From assembly GCF_009914755.1 (NCBI RefSeq), contig NC_060927.1: a DNA stretch of 64,000 nucleotides; one strand, written 5' to 3'. Source of the stretch: the human T2T-CHM13v2.0 reference genome, Homo sapiens. Both the position numbers and the translations under genes were made by a program. Each line of letters opens with the position of its first letter. Within the stretch, counting starts at the first letter, position 1. Shown one piece after another: positions 15,227 through 27,500 of this stretch. The notes beneath the pieces were generated by a model. That model was given only the letters and a program-made list of their open reading frames with translations, was not told the origin of the DNA and did not search any database.

Positions 15227-15537
15227 CATCAGCAACCCAACCACCTTCATCAGCAACCCAACCACCTTCATCAGCAACCCAACCACCTCGTCAGCAACCC
15301 AACCACCTCGTCAGCAACCCAACCACCTCGTCAGCAACCCAGCCACCTTCATCAGCAACCCAACCACCTCATCAGCAACCCAGCCACCTTCATCAGCAAC
15401 CCAACCACCTCATCAGCAAACCAACCACTTTCATCTGCAACCCAACCACTTTCATCAGCAACTCAACACCTTCATCTGCAACCCAACCACCTTCATCAGC
15501 AAACCAACCACCTTCTTCAGCAACCCAACCACCTCAT
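15227..15537. repeat. 21-bp VNTR, ~15 copies, in the LMLN 3' UTR
   Basis: CATCAGCAACCCAACCACCTT units with 20-bp variants. Confidence 0.96.
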
Positions 15538-15848
15538 CTTGGAGAAGGAGAAGGAACTGCAAGCCACCAAGTCTTCATTTTTCAGGGTTTGTAATCTTCC
15601 CAAAGTTTTCCTTTGAAAATAGGATAATGGGTGGAATTTTCAGAGTGATTACATACCTCAACATTTTTATTAACATACAACAATGGGAAAGTTCATCATC
15701 CATATACTGCAGTCACTTAAACAACAGCCAATTATTGCAAGATTAGAATTGGAGATCTTGTCCTCAAAAGTATAAATTGTCCTTTGAGTTATAGAAAATA
15801 ATGGAATTGGGATTTCTACATATCATTATTATACCTATTTTAAATTTA

Positions 15849-16022
<174 letters not shown>

Positions 16023-16129
16023 TTAATTCACTGTTCCCATTGTTCTAAAGAATTTTTTTAAATAATGTTTCATTAAATCTTATGATTTAACCGTGCTTGC
16101 CCTTTTTGCCAGCTATGTGGCAGTTTACG

Positions 16130-16250
16130 GCAGAACTGCTGTCAGTGTGCTGGTAGCCCTCTATTCATCCCTCCTCAGAGCCCAGCTTCCAGAACTGCTA
16201 TCACTGTGCTGGTAGCCCTCTGTATTCATCCCTCTTCAGAGCTCAGCTTC
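16130..16250. repeat. ~60-bp tandem duplication
   Basis: CAGAACTGCT.TCA.TGTGCTGGTAGCCCTCT...CAGCTTC occurs twice. Confidence 0.88.
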
Positions 16251-16881
16251 TGGTTGTATTCTCCATGAGTTTAATAATGACATGAAAAAATGTGGAAGCC
16301 GAGAGAGTAAAATACTCTGCCCTGTAAAAACATGGAAGACATGCAAACAGAAAAAAAATAATTGTATTGTTTTAGATAATACTTAAGACAACTGTGAAAC
16401 AACAAAAACACAACTATTCCTTTGTGACCGATGAAGATAAAAAGAAATTCTGGTAAAGACGGGTATGCAGTTTTTTAAAATGGGTTAAGAAATTGTTGCA
16501 GAAGAATTTCTAACATCTGAAAATGGTTTTATGTTTAAGAAGGATGGTCTGAATTGTGTACTAATAGCAAGGTATAAGTTTGGTGTAGAGCCTATCCAGT
16601 AGCGTCCACTGTACCACTTTTAAGTAAGACTCAGTCCACAGAAGCTGGAAGATTGCCTTCGCTTTAAATATCCTTTACCTTCTGCATTTGACACTCCTCC
16701 TGTTACTACATAGATTCCGGTCCCCAGAAGCAATTTTACACTGGTACTAGAGCTTACCAGCCCCATTTAGTAATTTTTAATGGCTAGATGAGGTTTAACA
16801 AGAATATGAAAAGAAAAAAGAAAAAATATATTCATGAATGATAGGCGATGCCCATTCTTTCTCTCAAGCTAATGAAGTCCT

Positions 16882-17384
16882 ATGGCATTCTAACCACAAC
16901 CCTCGGACAGACTCCTCCTATTCCTCCATGGCATTGTAACCACAACCCTCGGACAGACTCCTCCTATTCCTCCATGGCATTGTAACCACAACCCTCGGAC
17001 AGACTCCTCCTACTCCTCCATGGCATTGTAACCACAACCCTCGGACAGACTCCTCCTACTCCTCCATGGCATTGTAACCACAACCCTCGGACAGACTCCT
17101 CCTACTCCTCCATGGCATTGTAACCACAACCCTCGGACAGACTCCTCCTATTCCTCCATGGCATTGTAACCACAACCCTCGGACAGACTCCTCCTATTCC
17201 TCCATGGCATTGTAACCACAACCCTCGGACAGACTCCTCCTATTCCTCCATGGCATTGTAACCACAACCCTCGGACAGACTCCTATTCCTCCATGGCATT
17301 GTAACCACAACCCTCGGACAGACTCCTCCTATTCCTCCATGGCATTGTAACCACAACCCTCGGACAGACTCCTTCTGTTCCTCC
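16882..17384. repeat. 46-bp VNTR, 11 copies, in the LMLN 3' UTR
   Basis: ATGGCATTGTAACCACAACCCTCGGACAGACTCCTCCTA(T/C)TCCTCC; copy 9 lacks 3 nt. Confidence 0.97.
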
Positions 17385-17666
17385 TTTCCTCGTCCTTCCC
17401 TGCTTTTCGTCCATTCAGCATATAGCTATTCAGTACTCCATTGAAGAAATTATGCTAAGTGAGCAAAGCAACATAATTACTAAGAATTAATTCTGATTAT
17501 TTGGCACTAGAGCCAACAGCAACCCCAGCACAGAGGAAAGTCGCTTTTTTTTCAAATGCATAAATTTAAAGTATGTATTTGCATGCAGTTTTAAATGGGA
17601 GGTATTTGTCATTGTGAAAAGCTGGGAATCTCAAACATAGTCAACTTAACTAAAAAGAAGCTAATA

Positions 17667-17997
17667 CAGGTTGAGCATTCCTAATCCAAAAATCCAGAAT
17701 CCAAATTGCTCCAAAATCTGAAACTTTCTGAATGCTGACCTGATACTACAAGTAGAAAATTCCACATACAAGTACTTAACACAAACTTTGTTTCATGCAC
17801 AAACTACTAAAAATATTGTATAAAATTACCTTCAGGCAGTGTGTGTAGTTATATATGAAACATGAATTTCATGTTTAGACTTGGGTCCATGCCCAAGATA
17901 CCTCATTAGGTATCTGTAAATATCCGAAATCCAAAAAAAAGTCTGAAATCTGAAACACTTCTGGTCCCAAGCATTTCAGTAAGTGATGCTCAACCTG
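17667..17997. mobile_element. Tigger4-family non-autonomous DNA transposon
   Basis: TIRs CAGGTTGAGCAT...ATGCTCAACCTG, left flank TA, AAATCC sub-repeats. Confidence 0.85.
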
Positions 17998-20088
17998 CGT
18001 AATGGTCTGCGGGCCAGTGCTCATTTTCTGCCTATGTTGTACATACTTTAAATTGTGTAAATTAAAAGTCAAAGCAAAGAGTCTATTTTTAAAGAAACTT
18101 ACAATAATCTAAACATATACTTCTTATGATTATGAATCATCCTGCAAAGCTGAATGAAGAATTTTACCAAAAATACAATGAATTAATCATATATTTGAGA
18201 GTCACAGTGATAGGTTCGACTATATTTTGACTGTTGTGTAGTGGCACCGTTTAGGTAGTATTGTTTCTGAGCATGGTGCTTTTTATACTTGAAATATATT
18301 TTTGCTTTATTTTTTATTGATATAATTATATTTGCACTAATGGCTTTCTGAAGAAAATATTATAGATGACATTTTTTGTATATATATTTATTAAGCTTGG
18401 GAACCTGGTCGCCCAGTGTTTTCTCTGGACAAATGTGAAACTGGATAAAGTATGGATAAAGTCTTGAGTTCCTCAGGGTAACTGTGTTGATGTCTCCCGT
18501 CCTCTTCAGTAAGGCTTGAATATGATTTTACTCATCATTGATTCTGCATAGTGTACCCAGCAAGACTTAGAAGGACACTGAACCTGTCAGAGATTTTAAG
18601 AGGCACATTTTAGTCACTTTGAATATGGTAGTGGTGGGCGCGGTGACTGAAGCCTGTAATCTCAGCACTTCGGGAGGCCAAGGCAAGCAGATCACGAGAT
18701 CAGGAGTTTGAGGTTACAGTGAGCTGATCGCACCACTGCACTGCAGCCTGGATGACAGAGTGAGACTTTCTTGGGAAAAAAAAAAATGACAGTGAAGCAG
18801 ACTTTTAGAATCCGAGATGTCATTGCAGAATTATTGGTATAAAATTCAGCTGCAAAGTGAAGAAATTGAAATGGCCCACACGTTGATATCCTGTGGCAGG
18901 TTATACCCTTCATGTTAGCAAAGACGAAGCCACGTCGCTGTGTTAAGAGGGACAGGCTGGGCCGGCTGCAGCTGTAGTGGAAGTGAGGGACACAGGGAAG
19001 GAATGGGGAGCAGCAATTTGGGGACAGTAGACTGGAGTCACTTTCTGACTCAAAAAGGGTCAAGTACTTATTAAAAACTATCTTGGTTTTCTGTTCAGAC
19101 TTAGGCTCATTTTGATCATTTTAAGGTCCCAGTTGTCAAAAATATCAAGTGAATTTGTCTCAGGTTTTCAGAAACAAAATTTACAGGAAGGAAGCAAAAG
19201 CCATGTCAGTAGCCTTGAGCTGACAGCTTTAAAGAAACTGGCAAACAGGTAGGTTGTCCTCATATAGATCCTTCCAGTATTCTGAAAAACATCCTTTTAT
19301 TTCTTAAAACCAGTAACCCTTACATTTTTCCTATAGGATAGTTATTTTTGTTGAGATCAAATAGACATTCTATAAATGTTATAAATTATGCTTGCAGTTA
19401 CTCAGCCTATCTAGGCTTAAGGTTTATCAATATTTGAAGTTGAAACATCATCTTATGAGGTTTAGTTTTAGGAAGATAAATAAATATATCAAAGTATTTC
19501 ATAAAGTTGTATCAATGTTCCTTCTAACATTAGAAGACTTACTGACTGAGGCCATCTGTGAACGACTAGGTGATCTCAGAATCCTTCCAGCTCTAATACC
19601 CTCTGACTAACACTCACCCAGAATTGCTGTCTGTGCTGGCTGTGATCTGCCTCCAGGAGCATACGCCATCCTGCGTGCTGTGTCCATCACAGTGTCTGTG
19701 CTCGGTGCCTTACCACTGTCCGTGTCCTTGGACGCTGACTGGACAGAGAGGAGCCTGTCTCTCAGGGCACATGAGTCGTCGTGGCAGGAGGAGACGGGCC
19801 TCAGTCACAGTGTCACAGACCCTTGTCACAGTGGACACTAGTCATTCCTGCCATGTCCTTGCAGCCCAGGAGGACTAAAAAGATTTTAATGAAGTCTGTG
19901 TTACTCATTCTGAAGAAAAGAACTTACCTGAGAGGAGTAATATTTTTTTAATATATATTGGGTCAGGGACAGGGATGGAGTGGTTGTTTTATGTTTACAT
20001 TTTTAATAAGTAAAATAGAAGATTTAAGAACTAATATTTATGGTATTGAACTTTAAGTGTGATATATTCCTTAGAAAAACACAACTTT

Positions 20089-20094
20089 AATAAA
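20089..20094 (+). terminator. Candidate LMLN polyadenylation signal
   Basis: AATAAA with downstream TGTCTTTATTT. Confidence 0.6.
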
Positions 20095-20158
20095 AATGGA
20101 AACTAATTTGCATCCTGTCTTTATTTAACACCATCAGTTTTTTAAAAACCTGGATGAG

Positions 20159-20455
20159 GGCTGGTCACTGTGGCTCATGCCTGTAATCCCAGCACTTTGG
20201 GAGGCCAAGGTGGAAGGATCGCTTGAGCCCAGGAATTTGAGACCAGCATCTCAAATTCAAATAGGGAGGCCGTGTCTCTACAAAAAATAAAAATAAAAAA
20301 TTAGTCAGGTGTGGTAGAGCACACCTGTAGTCCCAGCCACTCGGGAGGCTGAGGTGGGAGGATCACTTGAGCCGGGGAGTTAGAGGCTGCAGTGAGCCAA
20401 GATCACACCACTGCATTCCAGCGTGGATGACAGAGCAAGATCCTGTCTCTAAAAC
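20159..20455 (+). mobile_element. AluJ
   Basis: GGATCGCTTGAGCCCAGG AluJ-type dimer. Confidence 0.88.
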
Positions 20456-21630
20456 AGTCATGGACTCTCTTTGGGGAAGACAAGGTGTTTATTACGAAAT
20501 ATAATCAGTTTCTACTTAAAGGTGAGTAAAATTGTCCTACTTAAAGAGTGGAGACAGGTCTAGTTAAGCAGGAAAGAGCAGACTAAAGCAATTCATAGAC
20601 AATTTGGTCTATGCTGTGGGCCAGAAGGTTCGTTGCATGACCACCCTGGCACATTCAAGCACCACACTTGACACAGTGGCATCAAATAGGCTGTGGCTGT
20701 AGTCCTGGAGTGTGGTTTCTTCCCATAACCTGCATGTAGCACAAGAGAATGTCCCAGGAGGTCCCTTCCTCATGTGCATTTAGAGCCGTTCTGCCTGTGA
20801 CTTGGAGCCAAGTGCTTTGTGAAATTGATCCAGTATCGTGTGCGTGACTTAATTGCTGGACTGAGATCTTTGTGGGGATTTTCTGATATGTTGTGTTTTT
20901 AAAGTTTTACAGATTGCATATAAGTAGCTAAAACTATATACAATAAATTACCTCAGATAAATACAATATTATTTGCCCAGCATACTGAAGATAAAGCTAT
21001 ATCTCATATATTACTTTGTTTACACTACCTTTGGATATGTTCATAGAATATACTATTTTAGGGGGCATTATTACATAAGTCTTTTGTTCACAACCTCACC
21101 AGTATATATGCAGAAATGGAGGAGTTTATTTAAATCACCTTTGTTGGGATCCCATTAGAAGTTCATTTTTTTAAATGTTTAAAATGAATTAGGGAGATGG
21201 GTCCAAATACGTGACCCAAATATTTGTCCAAATATTCTGATAGTCGATGCTTTTTCCATTTTATATTATAGAAATATTTTAATGCCTATAGATGTTATGT
21301 CTTAGATACAAAATCATTTTAATTCTCAGTGCCACTCAATTTTTTCAATTTCAGTAGAGACATTAGCGACTCAACAACTTTCTGACATTGCCTTATTCGG
21401 AAATACTCCAATCACAGTATCTGAACATCTGGCTTTCCCCCACATCAGGTGTCTCCTAGTGACATTTCAGGAGTGTACAGGCAGATGAGAAGAGGGTTGC
21501 CATGTGTTCACACTCATGAGTGTTCATAAGTGGAGATTTGGATGTATTTGGTTGAAGATAGAATGTAAGTGAGGTTGCCACAAAGAACACAAAGAATAGA
21601 GTAATTGCTTCTTCAGCACAGCTTGCCTGC

Positions 21631-21956
21631 TGTATGAGTCTGTTTTCATGCTGCTGATAAAGACACCCAAGACTGGGCAGTTTACAAGAGCAAGCGGTTT
21701 AATGGACTTTACATGTCTACATGGCTGGGGAGGCCTCACCGTCATGGCAGGAGGTGAAAGGCACGTTTCACAGGGAAGCAGACAAGAGCAGAGAGCTTGT
21801 GTAGGGAAACTCCCCATTTTAAACCCATCGGATCTCATGAGACTTATTCACTATCACAAGAACAGCACAGGAAACACCTGCCCCCCCCCAATTCAATTGC
21901 CCCCCACTGGGTCCCTCCTGCAAACATGGGAATTCAAGATGAGATTTGGGTGGAGA
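21631..21956 (-). mobile_element. THE1 LTR
   Basis: TGTATGAGTCTGTTTTCATGCTGCTGATAAAGACA...GAGATTTGGGTGG. Confidence 0.85.
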
Positions 21957-22099
21957 TGAAACCGCCTTCTCAAAATGATGACTGAGCCAGTGAAAGAGAT
22001 CTAACTTAGCCGACTCCATCTTGCGTCTAACCTCCAAGCTGTCCTTGTTCATTCCTGGGCGAAGGCTGAACTAACTTGGGGGGAAACTTAGTTTATAGT
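21957..22099 (+). mobile_element. LTR8 5' fragment (truncated)
   Basis: TGAAACCGCC...GAAAGAGATCTAACTTAGCCGACTCCATCTTG matches the LTR8 start; similarity stops after ~140 bp. Confidence 0.75.
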
Positions 22100-22466
22100 C
22101 TCAGGTTCCATGGCCCTGATAGGACTGAACCAGAAGGATCCAGGGAAGGACAAACCCTGGGGCTGAGGCCCTATGACCCAATGGCCATTGGTGGCCTGGC
22201 CTTATGGCCCCAAGACACCCTGTCCTCAGGCCACAGACACCATGGGCTTTGGTCAGGTCCCAACTTCCCAGTAGTGTCCTGACACTAGCGGGTGCTGACT
22301 GCTGAGCCACAACCACAGTTCTGGGTTTTGGGTTTGGTAAAACCACCTCAGGGACAGAGTTCTGGAGTTGGGTTTGGCAGAAACCATGGCACCTCCCAGG
22401 GATGGTGTGTCACTCCTGCTTGCCACCAAATGTGCACATAGGCTGTCCCCCTTGTCCAGCCCATCC

Positions 22467-23436
22467 TGCTGGACAGGATGGAGGAAGTCAGGGAACATAC
22501 ACGGTGGACAGCTGGGGTGCAGGGAGAGGCAGGTGCATGCTGGGAGGTCAGACCCTGTGAGGGCTGTGGGGGCATCAGGTGGAGTGGACTCAGGTGCACC
22601 CTCAGTGCACTGGGCAGGTCTTAGGCCAGGCTCCGTGGACCCCAGCTGTGTGATGTGGTCACTCCCTGAGGGACTGCCGTCAGGCCCCAGTCACCCACCC
22701 TGGGCAGCACCGTCCCATCTCAGGGCTGGGCTTTCTGAGTCCTGAGACAGAACAGTACTGCCCAGGCCTGACAGACCGGGGGGCCCTGCCAAGTCCTCCA
22801 TCCCTAGACCAGCCTCGCACACAGCACGGACAGTCTCTCACCTTCAACTTCAGGGCACTGACTGATACTTCTCATTCTAAGGCAACCAAGGCAGAGCTGA
22901 GGACCTGCGCCAGGCTAGGAGCCAGTCCCCTCCCTAAGTGGGCCTGATGGAAGCACCATCCTTGTCCCAATCCACTACAAGTTTCAGCCCAGGAGACACA
23001 CAGGGAAGGGAGGATGGGGTCTCCCTGCTGGCTGTCACTGGAAAAGCAGGACCTGGGAGCAGAGGGAGCTCAGGGCTGGCAGGGGATGCTCAGGCCCATG
23101 GAGAGCTTGGGCTGCATCCTGGGGCTGCCCCTCCTGGGCTAGAGGCTGTGCCCTCTGCAGGATCTGAGAAAGTCCAGTCCTGAGATGGGACAGTGCTGCC
23201 CAGGGTGGGTGGCTGGGGCCTGACAGCAGTCCCCCAGGGAACGATCACATCACCCGGCCTGGGTCTAGGGAACCTGGGCTGAGACCTGCCCAGTGCACTG
23301 AGGGTTCACCTGGAGCCCACCCCACCTGATGCCCCCACAGCCCTCTCAGGGTCTGACTTCCCAGCATGCACCTGCCTCTCCCTGCACCCCAACTGCCCAC
23401 GTGCCTATTCCCTGGCTTCCTCCATCCTGTGCAGCA
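22467..23436. repeat. Inverted repeat with ~280-bp GC-rich arms (22467-22744 and 23158-23436)
   Basis: The reverse complement of the right arm aligns along the whole left arm, e.g. GGGGTGCAGGGAGAGGCAGGTGCATGCTGGGA vs TCCCAGCATGCACCTGCCTCTCCCTGCACCCC. Confidence 0.92.
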
Positions 23437-23649
23437 CATAGACTGTGACCGTCTCTCCAGCCACTCTGGCCTTTCCTTTAACTTTGTCCTGTCAGGATCT
23501 CTGAGCAAGATCCTCCAGGTCCATCCAAACACCTGCTTTGTCCACTTTTGACTGGGCTGTTGGGTGCCACTGGGCCGTCCCAGCTGTCCACAGGGCCCTC
23601 AATAACATGCATTGCACCTGTGATCTCCCAGCAGCGCTCATCACCCCCC

Positions 23650-24500
23650 AATGACCAAGTCCCTGCTGGCCAGACCCCACACACCAGGTCCTCCCCGACC
23701 AAACCCTCACCGATTAGACCTCCATCAGGAGGTCCCACTAACCAGGCCTCCGCTGCCAGGCCCACAGTGACCAGGACTTCACTGACCAGGACCTTACTGA
23801 CAAGGCCTCACTGACCAGGTTCCACTGATCATGACCCCATTGCCTGGCCCCACAGATGAGGCCCCACTGACCAGGCCTCCAGGGAACAGGCTGCCACTGA
23901 CCAGGCCCCTGCTAACCAGGACTGAGGTGACCAGATGCCCCTGACCACGACCCTAGTGAGTAGACCCCACTGAACAGGCACCCGCTGCTGAGATCCCTGC
24001 TGACCAGGTCACCCCACAGACCAGTGCTACAAAAGCCACAACTGACCCAGTCTTCTCTGACCAGGCCCCCGTTGATTCGGTTCCACTGACCAGGCTGCCC
24101 TGACCAGGACCCCACTGACAAGGGCCTCGCTGATGAGGACACGCCCACCAGGCCATGCTGACTAGGTCCCTTGTGGTCAGGCCTCCACTGAATAGCACCC
24201 CTTGACCTGGTCACCAGTGCCCCAGCTCATGCTGACCAGGCCACCACTAAGCCCCAGTTGACCACTAAGCTCCACTGACCAAGCCCCACAGCCCAAGTTT
24301 GCACTGACCAGACACCAAACAACTGGCTGCCACTAGGTCTCCACTCACTAAGACCCCACTACTAGATCCCCCTAATGAGACCCTCTCTAAACAGACCCCT
24401 GCTGACCATGCCCCCATTAAACAGGCCTCGCTGACTAGGTCAGTCCCAACTGACTGGGTCCACTGACCAGGCCCACGCTGATCAGGCCCCTCCTAACCAT
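23650..24500. repeat. Degenerate ~15-bp array (CCCCACTGACCAGG)n
   Basis: Dozens of (A)CTGACCAGG-like cores spaced roughly 15 bp apart. Confidence 0.85.
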
Positions 24501-24519
24501 ACCAGAAGGCCAAGCGGCA

Positions 24520-27500
24520 ATGAGACATTTCATATGGCAGGAGTAGGAGCAAGACAGAGAGAGGAAAGAAGAGCCACATCTTGTTATAAGACCAGATCTC
24601 AGGATAACTCACTATCAGGAGATCAGCATCAAGAAGATTAACCATTGGTGAAGGATCCGCCACCCACACCACCGCCCACTGTTTCCAGGCAGAAGCCTCC
24701 TGCAGAGGCAGAACCTCTTGGAAAACCTCTGCTAGGGCAGTGCAGAAGGAAACTATGGGCTTGGAGCCCCCACACAGGAGGCCACCATCCTCCAGAGCCC
24801 AGATTCATAGACAAACCAACGGCTCACACCCTCAGTATGGAAAAGCTACAGGCACTCCACACCAACCCAGCCCATGAGAGCAGCCATGGGGGCTAAAGCC
24901 TGCAAAGCCACAGGTGCACTGCCCTAGTAGAGGTTTCCCATGAGCCTCTGCCTCTGCAGCAGGTTACCCCCCTTCCTGCTACCCCTACCCTCTCACCACC
25001 CTACTGCCAACATACTCCTCCCTACCCTACCCACTCCTTTTTCTTCCACCCCAACACCCTCCTGTCATGATTAAATCACCTCCCACCAGGCCCCACCTCC
25101 AACATTCAGGATTACAATTCACTTGAGTTTTTCTAGGGAAACACAGACAAACCATATTATTCAAACCCTGAGCCCACTGAATCTCATGTCCTTCTCACAG
25201 AGCAAAATACAATCAAGCCTTTACAAAAGTTCCCAAAAGTCTTCAATCATTCCAGCATTAATGCAAATGTAAAAATTCCACATCTCATCTGAGACAAGGC
25301 TACAGTCCCTTTGCCTATGAGTCCCTGAATGTAAAAGGGAGTTCTTTTCTTTCAAGATACGGTGATGGTAAAGGCATTGGGTAAGCTTTCTCAATCCAAA
25401 GGGAAGAAATTTCCTGGGAAAATAACACAAATGGGACCACAGGCCCAATGCAAGTCCAAACCCAGAAGCCCAGTATCCATTCAATCTCACAGCTCCAAAA
25501 TCATGAAGATAACTCACTATCACAAGGACAGCAATAAGGAGATGGTGTTTAATCATTTGTGAAGGGTCCACCCCCTCGCCACTTTTCACCCCTCACCCCC
25601 ACCATAGTCCCCCATTTTCCCTATGCCCCCACCTTCCAACCCCCACTCCCCACCATGATTAAATCACCTTCCACCATGCCCCACCTTTAACAATCCCGAC
25701 TACAATTCCACATGAGTTTTGGCAGGGACACAGAGCTAAATTTTATTATTCTGTCCCTGACTCCTAAAATCTCATGTCCTTCTCACATTGCAAAATACAA
25801 TGATGCCTTCCCTACAGTCCCCTAAAGTCTTACATCGTTCCAGCATTTATACAAATGTCCAAAGCTTAAAGTGTCATCTGACACAAGGCTACAGTCCCTT
25901 AGGCCCATGAGCCTCTGAAATATAAAGCAAGTTAACTACTTCCAAAGCACAGTACTTGCACAGGCAATGGGTAAGCATTACCAGCCAAAAGGGAGGATTT
26001 TGCCAGAAAGAACAAAGCACAGATAGGACTTACAGTCTCCAAACCCAGAAGGCCAGTCATTCAATCCTAAAGCTCCAAAATCACCCTTTTTGAAACCTTG
26101 TCCCACATCCAGGGCACAAGGGTGTGAGGGCTGGGCTCCCAAGGCCTTGGGCAGCTCTGCACCTGTGGCTTTGCAGAGTTTACACCCCACGGCTGCCCTC
26201 ATGGGCTGGGCTGGCATTGAGTGCCTGTAGCTTTTCCCCACTGATGGTACAAGCTGTTGGGAGGGGGGTGTTCTATAAATCTGGGGTCTGCATGATGGTA
26301 GCCTCCAGTGTGGGGGCTCCAACCCCATATTTTCCTTTGGCACTGCTCTAGTAGAGGTTTCTTATGAGGCTCTGCCTTTTGGGGATGCTTTTGCCTGGAC
26401 ACCCAGGCATTTCCATACATCTTCCAAAATCTATACAGAGGCTCCCAAGCCTCTAGTCTCATGCTCTGTCCACCTAGTGGCTTAACACTATGAGGAAGTT
26501 ACCAAGGCTTCTAGCTCACATCCTCTGAAGCAGTGACACAGGCTGTATCTGTGCATCTTTCAGCCATGGCTGGAGCTGCAGCTGGAGCTGCAGGGATGCA
26601 GGCAGCAGTGTCCTGAGGCTGCACATAGAGGGTGATCATGGGACTGGCCCAGGAAACCATACTTCTCTCCTAGGCCCCAGGGCCTGTGACAGCAAGGGCT
26701 GCTGTAAATGTCTCTGAAATGCCTTCAAGGCCTTTTTCCTATTGTCTTGGCTACTAGCACTGGACTCCTTTTTATGCAAATTTCTGAACCCTTCCAGAAT
26801 TTTTCCCCTGAAAATCAGCTTTTCTTTTTGACCAATTGGCCAGGCTGCAAATTTTCCAAACTTTTGAGTTTGCTTCTCATTTAATATAAGAGTTGGGACT
26901 CATTTAATATAAGTCCGAATCAGAGGTCACTGCCTCAGTCACACATAAAAGCACAGGCTGTTTGATGCAGACAGGACACATCTTGAGCTTTGCTGCCTAG
27001 AAGTTCATTCCACCAGACATGCACTAAGTCATCACCCTCAAGTTCAAAGTTTCACAGTGCGGACGGCAAGTCATCCAGGTGCCGAGGCAAGAGACTGAGG
27101 GCACGAGCTGTTCCAGTATAATAAAATATATAAAACAACAAGAGTTATACTAGATCTAGATCATAGACATGATTATCTATGAATATCATTCATCATTAGT
27201 TTGTAGCAATGACTCTTTATTCCAATATTATAATAATCCTCGCTCTATAATCATAACCTAGGAAAAGCCAGGCCATACAGAGACAGGAGCTGAGGGCACA
27301 TAGTGAGAAGTGACCGAAGACGAGTGCGAGCTTTTCTGTCATGCCCGGACAGGGCCACCAGAGGGCTCCTTGGTCTAGCGGTGACGCCAGCGTCTGGGAA
27401 GACGCCCGTTGCCAAGCGGACTGTGGTCTAGCAGTAGCATCAGTGTCAAGGAAAAACACCCACTACTTAGCAGACCAGGAAAGGGAGTCTCCCTTTCCCC

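Noticed and set aside
14700-15600. Antisense lncRNA over the last LMLN exon
   Set aside because: Recalled from annotation only; exon boundaries cannot be supported from the sequence
15197-15616. 139-aa HQQPNHL-repeat ORF as a novel gene
   Set aside because: TTG start, inside the 3' UTR, and open only because the repeat lacks stop codons
22076-24214. Clustered ORFs in the GC-rich block
   Set aside because: Explained by GC content, the inverted repeat and the CTGACCAGG array; no coherent protein homology recognised
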